Part shown: one piece after another, positions 33,786 to 41,810 of the stretch
Layout: each line of letters starts with the position of its first letter
Position numbering within the stretch: the first letter of the stretch is position 1
Source of the DNA: Candidatus Saganbacteria bacterium
GTDB lineage: Bacteria; Margulisbacteria; WOR-1; O2-12-FULL-45-9
Length of the DNA stretch: 64,000 nucleotides
Assembly: GCA_016932255.1 (NCBI GenBank)
Contig: JAFGDE010000015.1
Coordinates: forward strand, 29,694-93,693
Direction: 5' to 3'
Made by a program: the position numbers and the translations under genes
Notes under the pieces: model-generated
Told to the model about the DNA's origin: nothing
The model's input: the letters and a program-made list of their open reading frames with translations, nothing else
The model's database searches: none

Positions 33786-35166
33786 TTCATTCATTGATGA
33801 AGCGAAAATAAACGAGCTGCTGGCCAAGACCCGGCCTGATAACAAGCAGGTCAAGGATATCATTCAGAAATCGCTCAGCAAACAGCGCCTGGATCTGGCA
33901 GAGACCGCCGCGTTGCTCAATGTGGAGGATAAAGACCTGCTGAATGAGCTCTTCACCGGAGCAAAAAGGCTTAAAGAAGAGGTCTACGGTAACCGTATCG
34001 TCCTGTTCGCTCCCCTCTATGTCGGCAATAACTGCACCAATGACTGCTCTTACTGCGCTTTCCGCTGTTCTAACTCCGAGGCCAGGCGCAAGACCTTGTC
34101 CGACCAGGAATTAAAGGACGAGATCATCGCGCTGGAAAAGAAAGGCCAGAAAAGGCTGATCCTGGTCTTTGGCGAACACCCCGAGTACAGCGGCGAGTTC
34201 ATGGCCAATGCCGTCAAGACCGCTTATACGACCAAGTTCGGTCCGGGCGAGATCAGGCGCGTTAATATCAATGCCGCGCCGCTCGATGTCGCTGGATACA
34301 AGAAATTGAAAGCGGTCGGTATTGGCACCTATCAGATCTTTCAGGAGACCTATCATCAGGAAACATATAAGAGATATCATCCTCGCGGCAAAAAAGCTGA
34401 TTTTCTCTGGCGCTTGTACGGTTTGGACCGGGCGCAACAAGCAGGCCTGGACGATGTCGGTATCGGCGCTTTGTTCGGCCTGTATGACTGGAAATTCGAG
34501 GTCATGGGCCTGCTGTCACACGCCGTTCACCTGGAGCAGGAGTTCAACGTCGGCCCGCATACGATCTCTTTCCCCAGGCTGCAGCCGGCCCAGGGGGTTA
34601 ATATCCCGGAAACACACCTGGTCAGCGACGACGATTTTAAAAGACTGGTCGCGATATTGCGGCTGTCCGTGCCCTATACCGGAATGATCCTGACGGCGCG
34701 GGAACACCCTGAACTGCGACGGGAAGTGATCGAACTGGGTTGCTCCCAGATCGATGCTGGTTCACGCATTGAAATGCAGGGTTATTCTCAGGCGCTGGGC
34801 CAGGAACAGGAAAGCGACCGGCAGCAATTCAAGCTGGGTGACACTCGTTCACTGGACGAGGTGATGCGGGAACTGGTCAGCGACGGCTACACGCCTTCCT
34901 TTTGCACGGCCTGCTACCGCCTGGGCCGCACCGGCGAGCATTTCATGGAACTGGCCATCCCCGGTTTTATCCATAAATACTGCATGCCTAATGCCATCAT
35001 GACGCTCAAGGAATACCTGCAAGACTACGCTTCGCCTGAGACCAGAAATAAAGGGGAACAAGCGATCAAGCAAGCGATCGCTAAACTTCCTTCAAACCAG
35101 CTGCGCAATGAGGTCATCAAACGGCTTGGCCGGATCGAAAAAGGCGAGCGGGACCTTTACTTCTAG
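33778..35166 (+). CDS. hydG: HydG-type radical SAM tyrosine lyase (H-cluster CO/CN maturase)
   Basis: CTNDCSYCAF rSAM motif. The C-terminal auxiliary-cluster motif SFCTACYRLGRTGEHFMELAIPGFIHKYC (CxxCx22C) distinguishes HydG from ThiH. Confidence 0.8.
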   Translation: MLNSFIDEAKINELLAKTRPDNKQVKDIIQKSLSKQRLDLAETAALLNVEDKDLLNELFTGAKRLKEEVYGNRIVLFAPLYVGNNCTNDCSYCAFRCSNSEARRKTLSDQELKDEIIALEKKGQKRLILVFGEHPEYSGEFMANAVKTAYTTKFGPGEIRRVNINAAPLDVAGYKKLKAVGIGTYQIFQETYHQETYKRYHPRGKKADFLWRLYGLDRAQQAGLDDVGIGALFGLYDWKFEVMGLLSHAVHLEQEFNVGPHTISFPRLQPAQGVNIPETHLVSDDDFKRLVAILRLSVPYTGMILTAREHPELRREVIELGCSQIDAGSRIEMQGYSQALGQEQESDRQQFKLGDTRSLDEVMRELVSDGYTPSFCTACYRLGRTGEHFMELAIPGFIHKYCMPNAIMTLKEYLQDYASPETRNKGEQAIKQAIAKLPSNQLRNEVIKRLGRIEKGERDLYF

Positions 35167-35178
35167 GCATTTTTGCTA

Positions 35179-35207
35179 TTGACAGCGCTGTAAACCGCTT
35201 CTACAAT
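35179..35207 (+). promoter_or_regulatory. near-consensus promoter placed for a leaderless transcript of the response-regulator gene
   Basis: TTGACA (35179-35184), 17-nt spacer, TACAAT (35202-35207). ATG 35214 follows 6 nt later with no SD. Confidence 0.5.
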
Positions 35208-35213
35208 AATGTC

Positions 35214-35582
35214 ATGGCAAAGATCCTGGTCATCGACGACCAAGAAAGCATGCGCACCATCACAGCTCAGATGCTAAAGGATGCCGGCCATGAAGTGACA
35301 ACAGCCGCTGACGGCGCCGAAGGCCTGAAACTCTTTGAAGATGCCCCTGCCTCCTACAAACTGATCGTAGCCGACGTGAATATGCCGAAGATGGACGGGT
35401 TCGAACTGCTCAAGACCGTCAAGGCAAAGCACCCTGAATTGCCCGTTGTCCTGGTGACCGGGACCAATGAAGAGATCGCTGATTATGTGGGCAAGGAATA
35501 CAAAGCCGAAGCGGTGCTGAAAAAACCCTACATCCTGGATGAAGCGCTTAAGACCATAGAATCGATCCTTAAACAGACCTAA
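35214..35582 (+). CDS. response regulator, receiver domain only
   Basis: KILVIDDQESMR, LIVADVNMPKMDG, VVLVTG, LKKPY; 122 aa. Confidence 0.85.
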   Translation: MAKILVIDDQESMRTITAQMLKDAGHEVTTAADGAEGLKLFEDAPASYKLIVADVNMPKMDGFELLKTVKAKHPELPVVLVTGTNEEIADYVGKEYKAEAVLKKPYILDEALKTIESILKQT

Positions 35583-36745
35583 AAAGGATCGAGATACCAG
35601 ACATCGTCCTGCTTGCCCGTGCTGGTTTGGCCGCCGATGACCCAGAGCCTGCTTTGATGAGCGGTACAGGTATGGCCGCAGCGAGGTGTAAAATCAGCGT
35701 CACTGGCCCGCAGCCAGTTAACGCCGTCATTGGAATACCAGACATCATTATTGTAAGGACTGGCTTCGGTCGAACCGCCGATCACCCACATAAAATCATC
35801 TATCCTGGCCGCGGCATGATCATACCTGGGAGCAAAAGCCGCGCTGCTTGTGGCTTGGGTCCAGCTAATCCCATCGCTTGAGTACCAAACATCGTTCTTA
35901 TAAGCACCGTCATAGCCGCCAATAAGCCAGATCTTATTATCAAAGCTCAGCAAGCAGTGGCCTTTCCTTGGTGAAAAGGCGGCTGAGGTCGTGGCCACTT
36001 CCCAGGTACCGCCCAGTTGCGAGTACCAGACATCATTATACAGGCCGCTGTTGCCCTCTCCACCAATGACCCACATATAGGCAACACCGTCATGCTCATA
36101 GCGCAGGCTGGCATGGTCGCACCTGGCCCCGAATTCCGCAGTGGCGGTTGCCTGTTCCCAGATGTAGTAATCATCGGTGTACCAGACATCGTTCTTTCTT
36201 GAGCCGCCAGTTTCACGTCCGCCGATCACGAAAGGTATCGAGATTGTGTCGGTCATATAGTATTGCGCTGTGCTATGGCCTTCACGGCAGCTGAAGGCCG
36301 CTTCCGGCGTTCCTTCCATCCATGCCCCAACGTTGACCAGGACCCAAGCGTCATTGGTCAATGTCCCGCTGTTGCCGCCGATGATCCAGAGATAATAATT
36401 AGTATTAATTCTCGTCGTCACGGAGGCATGGCCGCTCCTGCTTGAAAAACCCGGCGCATCCGTCATCAAGGTCCAGCTAAGCGCTATGGTCGTGGTCGTT
36501 GTGCTTGTGGTCGTGGTCGAGCTGGTCGTTGTAATTGTCGTTGTCGATGTTACGATCGGCACAGTATTGCTAGTGGTCGGCGTGGGCAGGGTCGTCACGG
36601 TCCCTGTTGTCGTCGTCGTAGAGGTCGATGGCGCAAAAGGGCTATCGCCGCAGCCGGCCAGGAATTTATTAGCAGAAAAGCTCAACACGGCCATAACGAT
36701 CAAAATGGCCAGAACAAATCGCTTTTTTATCCCGCCTTCATTCAT
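35579..36745 (-). CDS. Kelch/beta-propeller repeat lipoprotein with poly-Thr linker
   Basis: Lipobox FLAGC, a linker TSTTTTTGTVTT...TTTSSTTTTSTTTTT, then about six repeats of the NDVWYS.DG..W / H....... WVIGG type. Confidence 0.65.
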   Translation of the reverse strand: MNEGGIKKRFVLAILIVMAVLSFSANKFLAGCGDSPFAPSTSTTTTTGTVTTLPTPTTSNTVPIVTSTTTITTTSSTTTTSTTTTTIALSWTLMTDAPGFSSRSGHASVTTRINTNYYLWIIGGNSGTLTNDAWVLVNVGAWMEGTPEAAFSCREGHSTAQYYMTDTISIPFVIGGRETGGSRKNDVWYTDDYYIWEQATATAEFGARCDHASLRYEHDGVAYMWVIGGEGNSGLYNDVWYSQLGGTWEVATTSAAFSPRKGHCLLSFDNKIWLIGGYDGAYKNDVWYSSDGISWTQATSSAAFAPRYDHAAARIDDFMWVIGGSTEASPYNNDVWYSNDGVNWLRASDADFTPRCGHTCTAHQSRLWVIGGQTSTGKQDDVWYLDPF

Positions 36746-37857
36746 AAATAACCTGTGACCAGAATGTCTTCGCCAAGGCGCTCCAGATGCACGCTCTTCA
36801 GCCAGACCGCCTGAGCAGGCTTGGCCACACCTTTGCCTTCGACCGCTGTCTTGGCTTCCCGCCCGCCAAAGAACTTGGGCGCAATGATAAAAGCGGCTTT
36901 GTCGACCAATTTGCCTTCCAGGAACGAGGCATTCACTTCTCCTCCACCCTCGACCAGCAAACTGGTCATCCGGCGCTTGCTTAGCTCTTTAAGCAGGCTC
37001 CTGATATCGATCATCCCCCGAGGGGCTGGCAAGGTCAGTATTTCCGCTCCTTTAGCTGCCAGCAACGCGACCCGGTTAGCCGGCGCACGCTGGCTGACCA
37101 CAATGATCGTCCGGCCACCCCGGGAATTGACCACCTTCGCCTTGAGCGGGGTCCGGGCATAAGCGTCGAGCACTATCCTGATCGGGTCCTTAACCTTCTT
37201 GACCAGTCGGACATTCAGGCGAGGGTCATCGACCAGCACATTGTTCACTCCAACAATAATAGCGTCATAAATATTGCGCAAGTGATGGGCATAACGCAAG
37301 GCTTCCGGCCCAGCCACCCACCGGCTCGCGCCGGTCCGGGTCGCGATCTTGCCATCCAGCGTCACGGCCGATTTCAAAGCGACGAAAGGGCGGTGCGTTG
37401 TTATCCATTTAATGAAGACTTCGTTAAGCTTGCGCGCTTCTTCCTCCAGCAAACCGACGTCAACCTTGATCCCGTGGCGCTTGAGCTTGGCCAAACCTTT
37501 GCCGTTGACCCCTGGATTTGGGTCCTTCATTGAGACCACGACCCGTTTGATCCTGGCTTTTATGATCGCCTCGGTGCATGGCGGATTGTTCTTTCGGGCA
37601 AAAAAACAGCAGGGCTCTAGGTTAACGTAAAGAGTGCAGCCAGCCGCTTCTTCTCCGGCTTTTTGGATCGCCCAGGCTTCGGCATGAGGAGTGGTCACTT
37701 CTCCGTGATAACCCATGGAAATGATGCGGCCACCCTTGACCAAGACCGAACCGACCATCGGGTCAGGCGTGGTCCTGCCCTCAGCCGATTTGGCCAGATC
37801 GTGGGCCTCGCGCATAAAACGGACATCATCTTCGGTCCATTTGACCGCTTTCATCAT
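36742..37857 (-). CDS. ribD: bifunctional riboflavin biosynthesis deaminase/reductase RibD
   Basis: Deaminase motifs HAEAWAI and LEPCCFF...NPPC. The C-terminal reductase half has LLVEGGGEVNASFL. Confidence 0.9.
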   Translation of the reverse strand: MMKAVKWTEDDVRFMREAHDLAKSAEGRTTPDPMVGSVLVKGGRIISMGYHGEVTTPHAEAWAIQKAGEEAAGCTLYVNLEPCCFFARKNNPPCTEAIIKARIKRVVVSMKDPNPGVNGKGLAKLKRHGIKVDVGLLEEEARKLNEVFIKWITTHRPFVALKSAVTLDGKIATRTGASRWVAGPEALRYAHHLRNIYDAIIVGVNNVLVDDPRLNVRLVKKVKDPIRIVLDAYARTPLKAKVVNSRGGRTIIVVSQRAPANRVALLAAKGAEILTLPAPRGMIDIRSLLKELSKRRMTSLLVEGGGEVNASFLEGKLVDKAAFIIAPKFFGGREAKTAVEGKGVAKPAQAVWLKSVHLERLGEDILVTGYL

Positions 37858-37897
37858 CCGTTATTTTATCATCATTATATGAAATTATCAGCAAAAA

Positions 37898-39445
37898 ATG
37901 CCGATATATATAGCAGAGAATACCATGAGTATCAGATCAATAGCACCCAAACAATTCCGTCACCAGGCAACGCAACTGCCAAGACAACCCCTTTTACAAA
38001 GGGCATTCTGTCGTAATTCTGACCGGGCTTTTATACAGGCGCTCGGTTCCTATAATGATTTTTTAGCTATGCTCCCTGCTGATAATCCCTTATGGCAGAT
38101 GAAAAATCTGCCCCAGCACGTGGTCCATGGCGGCCTGAGCCCATTGCAGCACACTTATAACGCTTTAAAACTGCTGGCGACAGACGCCATAGACTCAACT
38201 GGCAATTTACAACTGCCCGGCCTGACCAGGCCAATGCCAGAATTGCTGAGGATCGCCCTGCTTTATCATGATATCGGCAAACTCGAGGATCCTTTCAGCT
38301 CCGATCATCCGGCAAGATCAGCTGAGCTTGCCCGGCAAATCCTTAGCGATCCGGAATTGTCCGGCGTTGGTCCGCTTAATGAAAACGAACTTTCCCTGGT
38401 CCTGCTCTTGATCAGAACCCATGACCTGCTGGGTGAGTTGACCAAATTATCGTCCGCCGGCGAGGTCGACCAGGCCGGGATGCTTGACTTGATCGAGTGC
38501 GAGCTTAATCCCGATCAGTCAGCCTCTGCGCAGCTGCCCAAGCTCTTTCAATTGCATTGCCGGATCTCTCTGGCAGATATCCGATCGATCCCCGGTTTAA
38601 AGAAACAGGTCTGGGCCGCTACTCAGTTATCCACGAGCTTGCTGGAAAGCCTGCCGCAGGAACAACCAACTGCCGGATCGCTGGAGGCCGATTTCCGGCC
38701 ACCGATCAAGGCAAGGACCGGTCCATCCATGCTGTCCAATGATATGCGGCGCCTGAACCGCTTCCTGCCTTCACTGCTGTCCAAGGTGCAGCAAGCGGTC
38801 TTTCAGGTCAGTCTGACTTTCAGCAACGACTACCTGAGTTTCAACAATGGGATAAATAAGATCGATTATGAGGATGGCCGCTTCATTGCCCGCTCTTTCC
38901 TGAGAGCCGGCATCAGCGAGCTTGTGCTGACAGAATTCCTGGACCGGCAGATGATCTCTTCCCTCAAGGAGATCCTGGAGGCCGCCAGTCTAGGCCAGGT
39001 CAGCTCTCTTCTGCCAGCAGAACTTACCAAATCGCCGGCCGTTGCCGGACTGCGGAAACTCTCCAGCGAAGAAACGACGGTCAAGACCATCCCTGGTTCC
39101 TACAAGCACTATACTAACGAAAATAATTTCATCAATATCATAAACAACGACCTGATCGAGGCCCGGCCGCACCAAAAGAACGGCGAGGTCCGCTGCGGCG
39201 CTTATCTTACCGGGCTTTCACTGACCCCGGAAGAGGCCTTTAAAACGCTTTTTATCGCTGATCCTGATTACCGGGACTGCGGTTATTTCGTGATCGCTTT
39301 TGATGTGCTGGACCCGCAGCTGGCAGCTAGGATCAGCCGGAACGGAATAGAATTGTTCCTGGAAGAAGGGATCAGGCTGGGCGATCCTCAGATCAGTGTC
39401 AGATATCAGGGGCCGAATTTCCTGATAGAGGACGTGGCGGCCTAG
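37898..39445 (+). CDS. HD-domain protein with unassigned C-terminal domain (possible HYD1-type ART-like)
   Basis: HD motif LRIALLYHDIGKLEDPFSSDHPARSAELA. C-terminal ~110 aa: YKHYTNENNFINII...CGAYLTG...YFVIAFDV. The start may be ATG 37925 (MSIRSIAP). Confidence 0.55.
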   Translation: MPIYIAENTMSIRSIAPKQFRHQATQLPRQPLLQRAFCRNSDRAFIQALGSYNDFLAMLPADNPLWQMKNLPQHVVHGGLSPLQHTYNALKLLATDAIDSTGNLQLPGLTRPMPELLRIALLYHDIGKLEDPFSSDHPARSAELARQILSDPELSGVGPLNENELSLVLLLIRTHDLLGELTKLSSAGEVDQAGMLDLIECELNPDQSASAQLPKLFQLHCRISLADIRSIPGLKKQVWAATQLSTSLLESLPQEQPTAGSLEADFRPPIKARTGPSMLSNDMRRLNRFLPSLLSKVQQAVFQVSLTFSNDYLSFNNGINKIDYEDGRFIARSFLRAGISELVLTEFLDRQMISSLKEILEAASLGQVSSLLPAELTKSPAVAGLRKLSSEETTVKTIPGSYKHYTNENNFINIINNDLIEARPHQKNGEVRCGAYLTGLSLTPEEAFKTLFIADPDYRDCGYFVIAFDVLDPQLAARISRNGIELFLEEGIRLGDPQISVRYQGPNFLIEDVAA

Positions 39446-39446
39446 T

Positions 39447-40406
39447 TCAAGCACTGATAAAGAAAAGGCGCTGGCTTATTTCATCGATCAGACCCCTGGC
39501 TTCCAAATGGTTCAACCATCTTGAGGGGATCTTCTCTATCCCATTATAGCAGCCGCTGATCGCTCCGGTAATCGAACCGACGGTATCTGTATCCCCTCCG
39601 GCATTGACCGCCGCGATCAGTGATTGGTAAAAATCGTCAGGTGTCCGGAGAAAAGCATAAAAAGCGCTGCCAACCGTCTCTAAGGCCAAGGGCCTGGTCC
39701 CCAACTGTTCCAGACCATCTTCGGTCCGCACCTGCATGAACAGCAAGTCCTCAACTTCCCTGAGCTTTTCGCCCATGTTCGAATGGGGCGGCAGGAAGGC
39801 AATGGTCTCCTCCAAGAGTTCTGCCGGCTTCAGTTCGCCTCTGGCCGCCTTGGCCACCGCAAAAGCGACCGCCACCGCCGCGTCGATCGCGTCCTGGTGC
39901 TGATGGGTAATGCGGCTGACCTCGACCACGCTGTCCAGCAAGCTCTCCATGGACCAGTAATGGTATAGGCCTACAGGATGGATCCTCATCGCTGCCCCAT
40001 TGGAAGGGCGGGCCTTAGCTGGCCGGCTCATCGGGTCCAGTGCCCGTCTGGTGGTCTGGCCGTAGCCGCGGTCCGGCTGGCCATTAAACATGGTCATCAA
40101 GCTTAATCTGACCTGGTTGACATCCAAACCGTTCTGTTCAACAATGCTCTCGGCAGTGGCCAGGGACAGCGCGGTGTCGTCGGTCCATTGGCCAAGAGAT
40201 ATTCTGGGGTGCCTGGAAGTGGTAATATAGCGGTCGACCCATTTACCGAGCCTGGCCGTGATCTGCTCCCGGCTCATTGCTTCGACCGGAGCGCCCAAAG
40301 CATCGCCGACTGCCCCACCCAGCAGGCAGCCGCGGAAACTGGATATCGGAGGCCGGACCGTTATAGTACGACCCATTAATTTCGGCCTGATCGGTATGAC
40401 TTTCAT
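39447..40406 (-). CDS. ADP-ribosylglycohydrolase family protein (DraG/ARH-like)
   Basis: FRGCLLGGAVGDALGAPVE, GQWTDDTALS, GGDTDTVGSITGAISG. Confidence 0.8.
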   Translation of the reverse strand: MKVIPIRPKLMGRTITVRPPISSFRGCLLGGAVGDALGAPVEAMSREQITARLGKWVDRYITTSRHPRISLGQWTDDTALSLATAESIVEQNGLDVNQVRLSLMTMFNGQPDRGYGQTTRRALDPMSRPAKARPSNGAAMRIHPVGLYHYWSMESLLDSVVEVSRITHQHQDAIDAAVAVAFAVAKAARGELKPAELLEETIAFLPPHSNMGEKLREVEDLLFMQVRTEDGLEQLGTRPLALETVGSAFYAFLRTPDDFYQSLIAAVNAGGDTDTVGSITGAISGCYNGIEKIPSRWLNHLEARGLIDEISQRLFFISA

Positions 40407-40464
40407 GACATAGTTATCCGAATGATTATCGGGGAGAACTGGCAGAAATTTCAGATAATATCGA

Positions 40465-41115
40465 CTATTTATTTTTTAGCTTCTGAATGACCCTGGCCGG
40501 ATCCCTGTCATAAAAGATGGCCGAGCCGGCCACCAGCACATTCGCGCCGGCCTTGACAGCTGCCGGGGCTGTCTCCAGGTTGACCCCGCCGTCGACCTCA
40601 ATTTCAACCGACAACTTACGACTAAGGACTAACGAGCTTAATTCTTTTATCTTCGGCAAAACTTCGGGCATGAACTTCTGGCCTTCGAAGCCCGGATTAA
40701 CGGTCATAAGCAGGACCATCCCGATTTTGTCTAACAGCGGTATGACCTGGTCAAGCGGCGTAGCTGGATTTACGACCAGACCAGGCCGGGCCCCGTTCTG
40801 TTTTATCAGTTCAATGTCAGAGGCCAGGTCTTTGGCTGCCTCGACCTGTATCGTTATGATGTCCGCGCCAGCTTTGGCAAAATCAGGGATATACCTGTCC
40901 GGGTTCTCGATCATTAAATGAACATCGAGCGGCAATCTGGTGCACTGCCTGACCGCCCTGACGACCAACGGCCCCATGGTGATATTGGGCACAAAATGAC
41001 CGTCCATTACGTCTATGTGGATGTAATCGGCGCCGGCTTGTTCGACTTTCTTGATCTCAGCTCCAAGCTGCCTGAAATCAGCCGATAAGATCGACGGGGC
41101 AACTTTTACCACCAT
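40465..41115 (-). CDS. rpe: ribulose-phosphate 3-epimerase
   Basis: APSILSADF, IHIDVMDGHFVPNITMG, MTVNPGFEGQKF, VDGGV. Confidence 0.92.
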   Translation of the reverse strand: MVVKVAPSILSADFRQLGAEIKKVEQAGADYIHIDVMDGHFVPNITMGPLVVRAVRQCTRLPLDVHLMIENPDRYIPDFAKAGADIITIQVEAAKDLASDIELIKQNGARPGLVVNPATPLDQVIPLLDKIGMVLLMTVNPGFEGQKFMPEVLPKIKELSSLVLSRKLSVEIEVDGGVNLETAPAAVKAGANVLVAGSAIFYDRDPARVIQKLKNK

Positions 41116-41807
41116 GGCCAGAAGCCTCCTTCTTTAGTCTCTTCCTTTGCCGGTTGAGCTGTCGGTTCAGCCGCTTTTTCCCTTGTTTCAATGACCATCT
41201 CCCGCACCTCGCCGCCTTCAGGAGTGGCAGAAACGGACAGGCTGACGTAAGAACCGCTGTCGATCTCCTCTCCTGGCAAAGGCGTCTGCGACAGGATCAG
41301 GCCCGGATCAAGCTGTGAGACCTCATCTTTGTTGATCGACCCGATATAGAGACCTTTGGCCGCCAAAACGGCTTCCGCTTGCGACAGCGGCCGGCCTAAC
41401 AGATTCGGCACCAGGACCTTGCGCTTGCCTGAACTGGTCAAAAGACTGATCATACGGCCGGCCTTGACCCGCCGGCCTGATTCGGGCTGCTGAGAAGCAA
41501 TAACGCCTTCGGGATAACGGGTATCGAATAAACTGCCCGCATGCCGCCCTTTCAGGCCAAGCACTTCCAGTCTGATAAAAGCTTCGTCCAGGGACAAAGC
41601 GGTCAGGTCAGGCACTTTGACCTCGGGGATAGAAGTAAAATAAGTGCCGTAGATATAGACCAGAAAACCCGGCAACAGGATGAAGCCGACCATGACTGAA
41701 ATAGTTATATGCGGTGCCGGGAAACGGAAACGCATGACCAGTAAAGCCGTTACCAGCGAAGCGATAATAACAAATATCAGGTAATAACTTAAATATTCTA
41801 TGAACAT
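41106..41807 (-). CDS. membrane protein with two PASTA domains
   Basis: Two N-terminal TM helices, then VPDLTALSLDEAFIRLEVLGLKG and VPNLLGRPLSQAEAVLAAKGLYIG repeats. It starts 3 nt after the kinase-like gene. Confidence 0.7.
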   Translation of the reverse strand: MFIEYLSYYLIFVIIASLVTALLVMRFRFPAPHITISVMVGFILLPGFLVYIYGTYFTSIPEVKVPDLTALSLDEAFIRLEVLGLKGRHAGSLFDTRYPEGVIASQQPESGRRVKAGRMISLLTSSGKRKVLVPNLLGRPLSQAEAVLAAKGLYIGSINKDEVSQLDPGLILSQTPLPGEEIDSGSYVSLSVSATPEGGEVREMVIETREKAAEPTAQPAKEETKEGGFWPWW

Positions 41808-41810
41808 CTT

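Noticed and set aside
33778-35166. Alternative call of this rSAM as ThiH (thiamine tyrosine lyase)
   Set aside because: The C-terminal CxxCx22C auxiliary-cluster domain (SFCTACYRLGRTGEHFME...KYC) is specific to HydG, the neighbour is HydE-like, and no thi genes are nearby.
37858-37897. FMN riboswitch upstream of ribD
   Set aside because: Only about 40 nt separate ribD from the divergent gene. That is far too short for an FMN element, and none of its conserved helices is visible.
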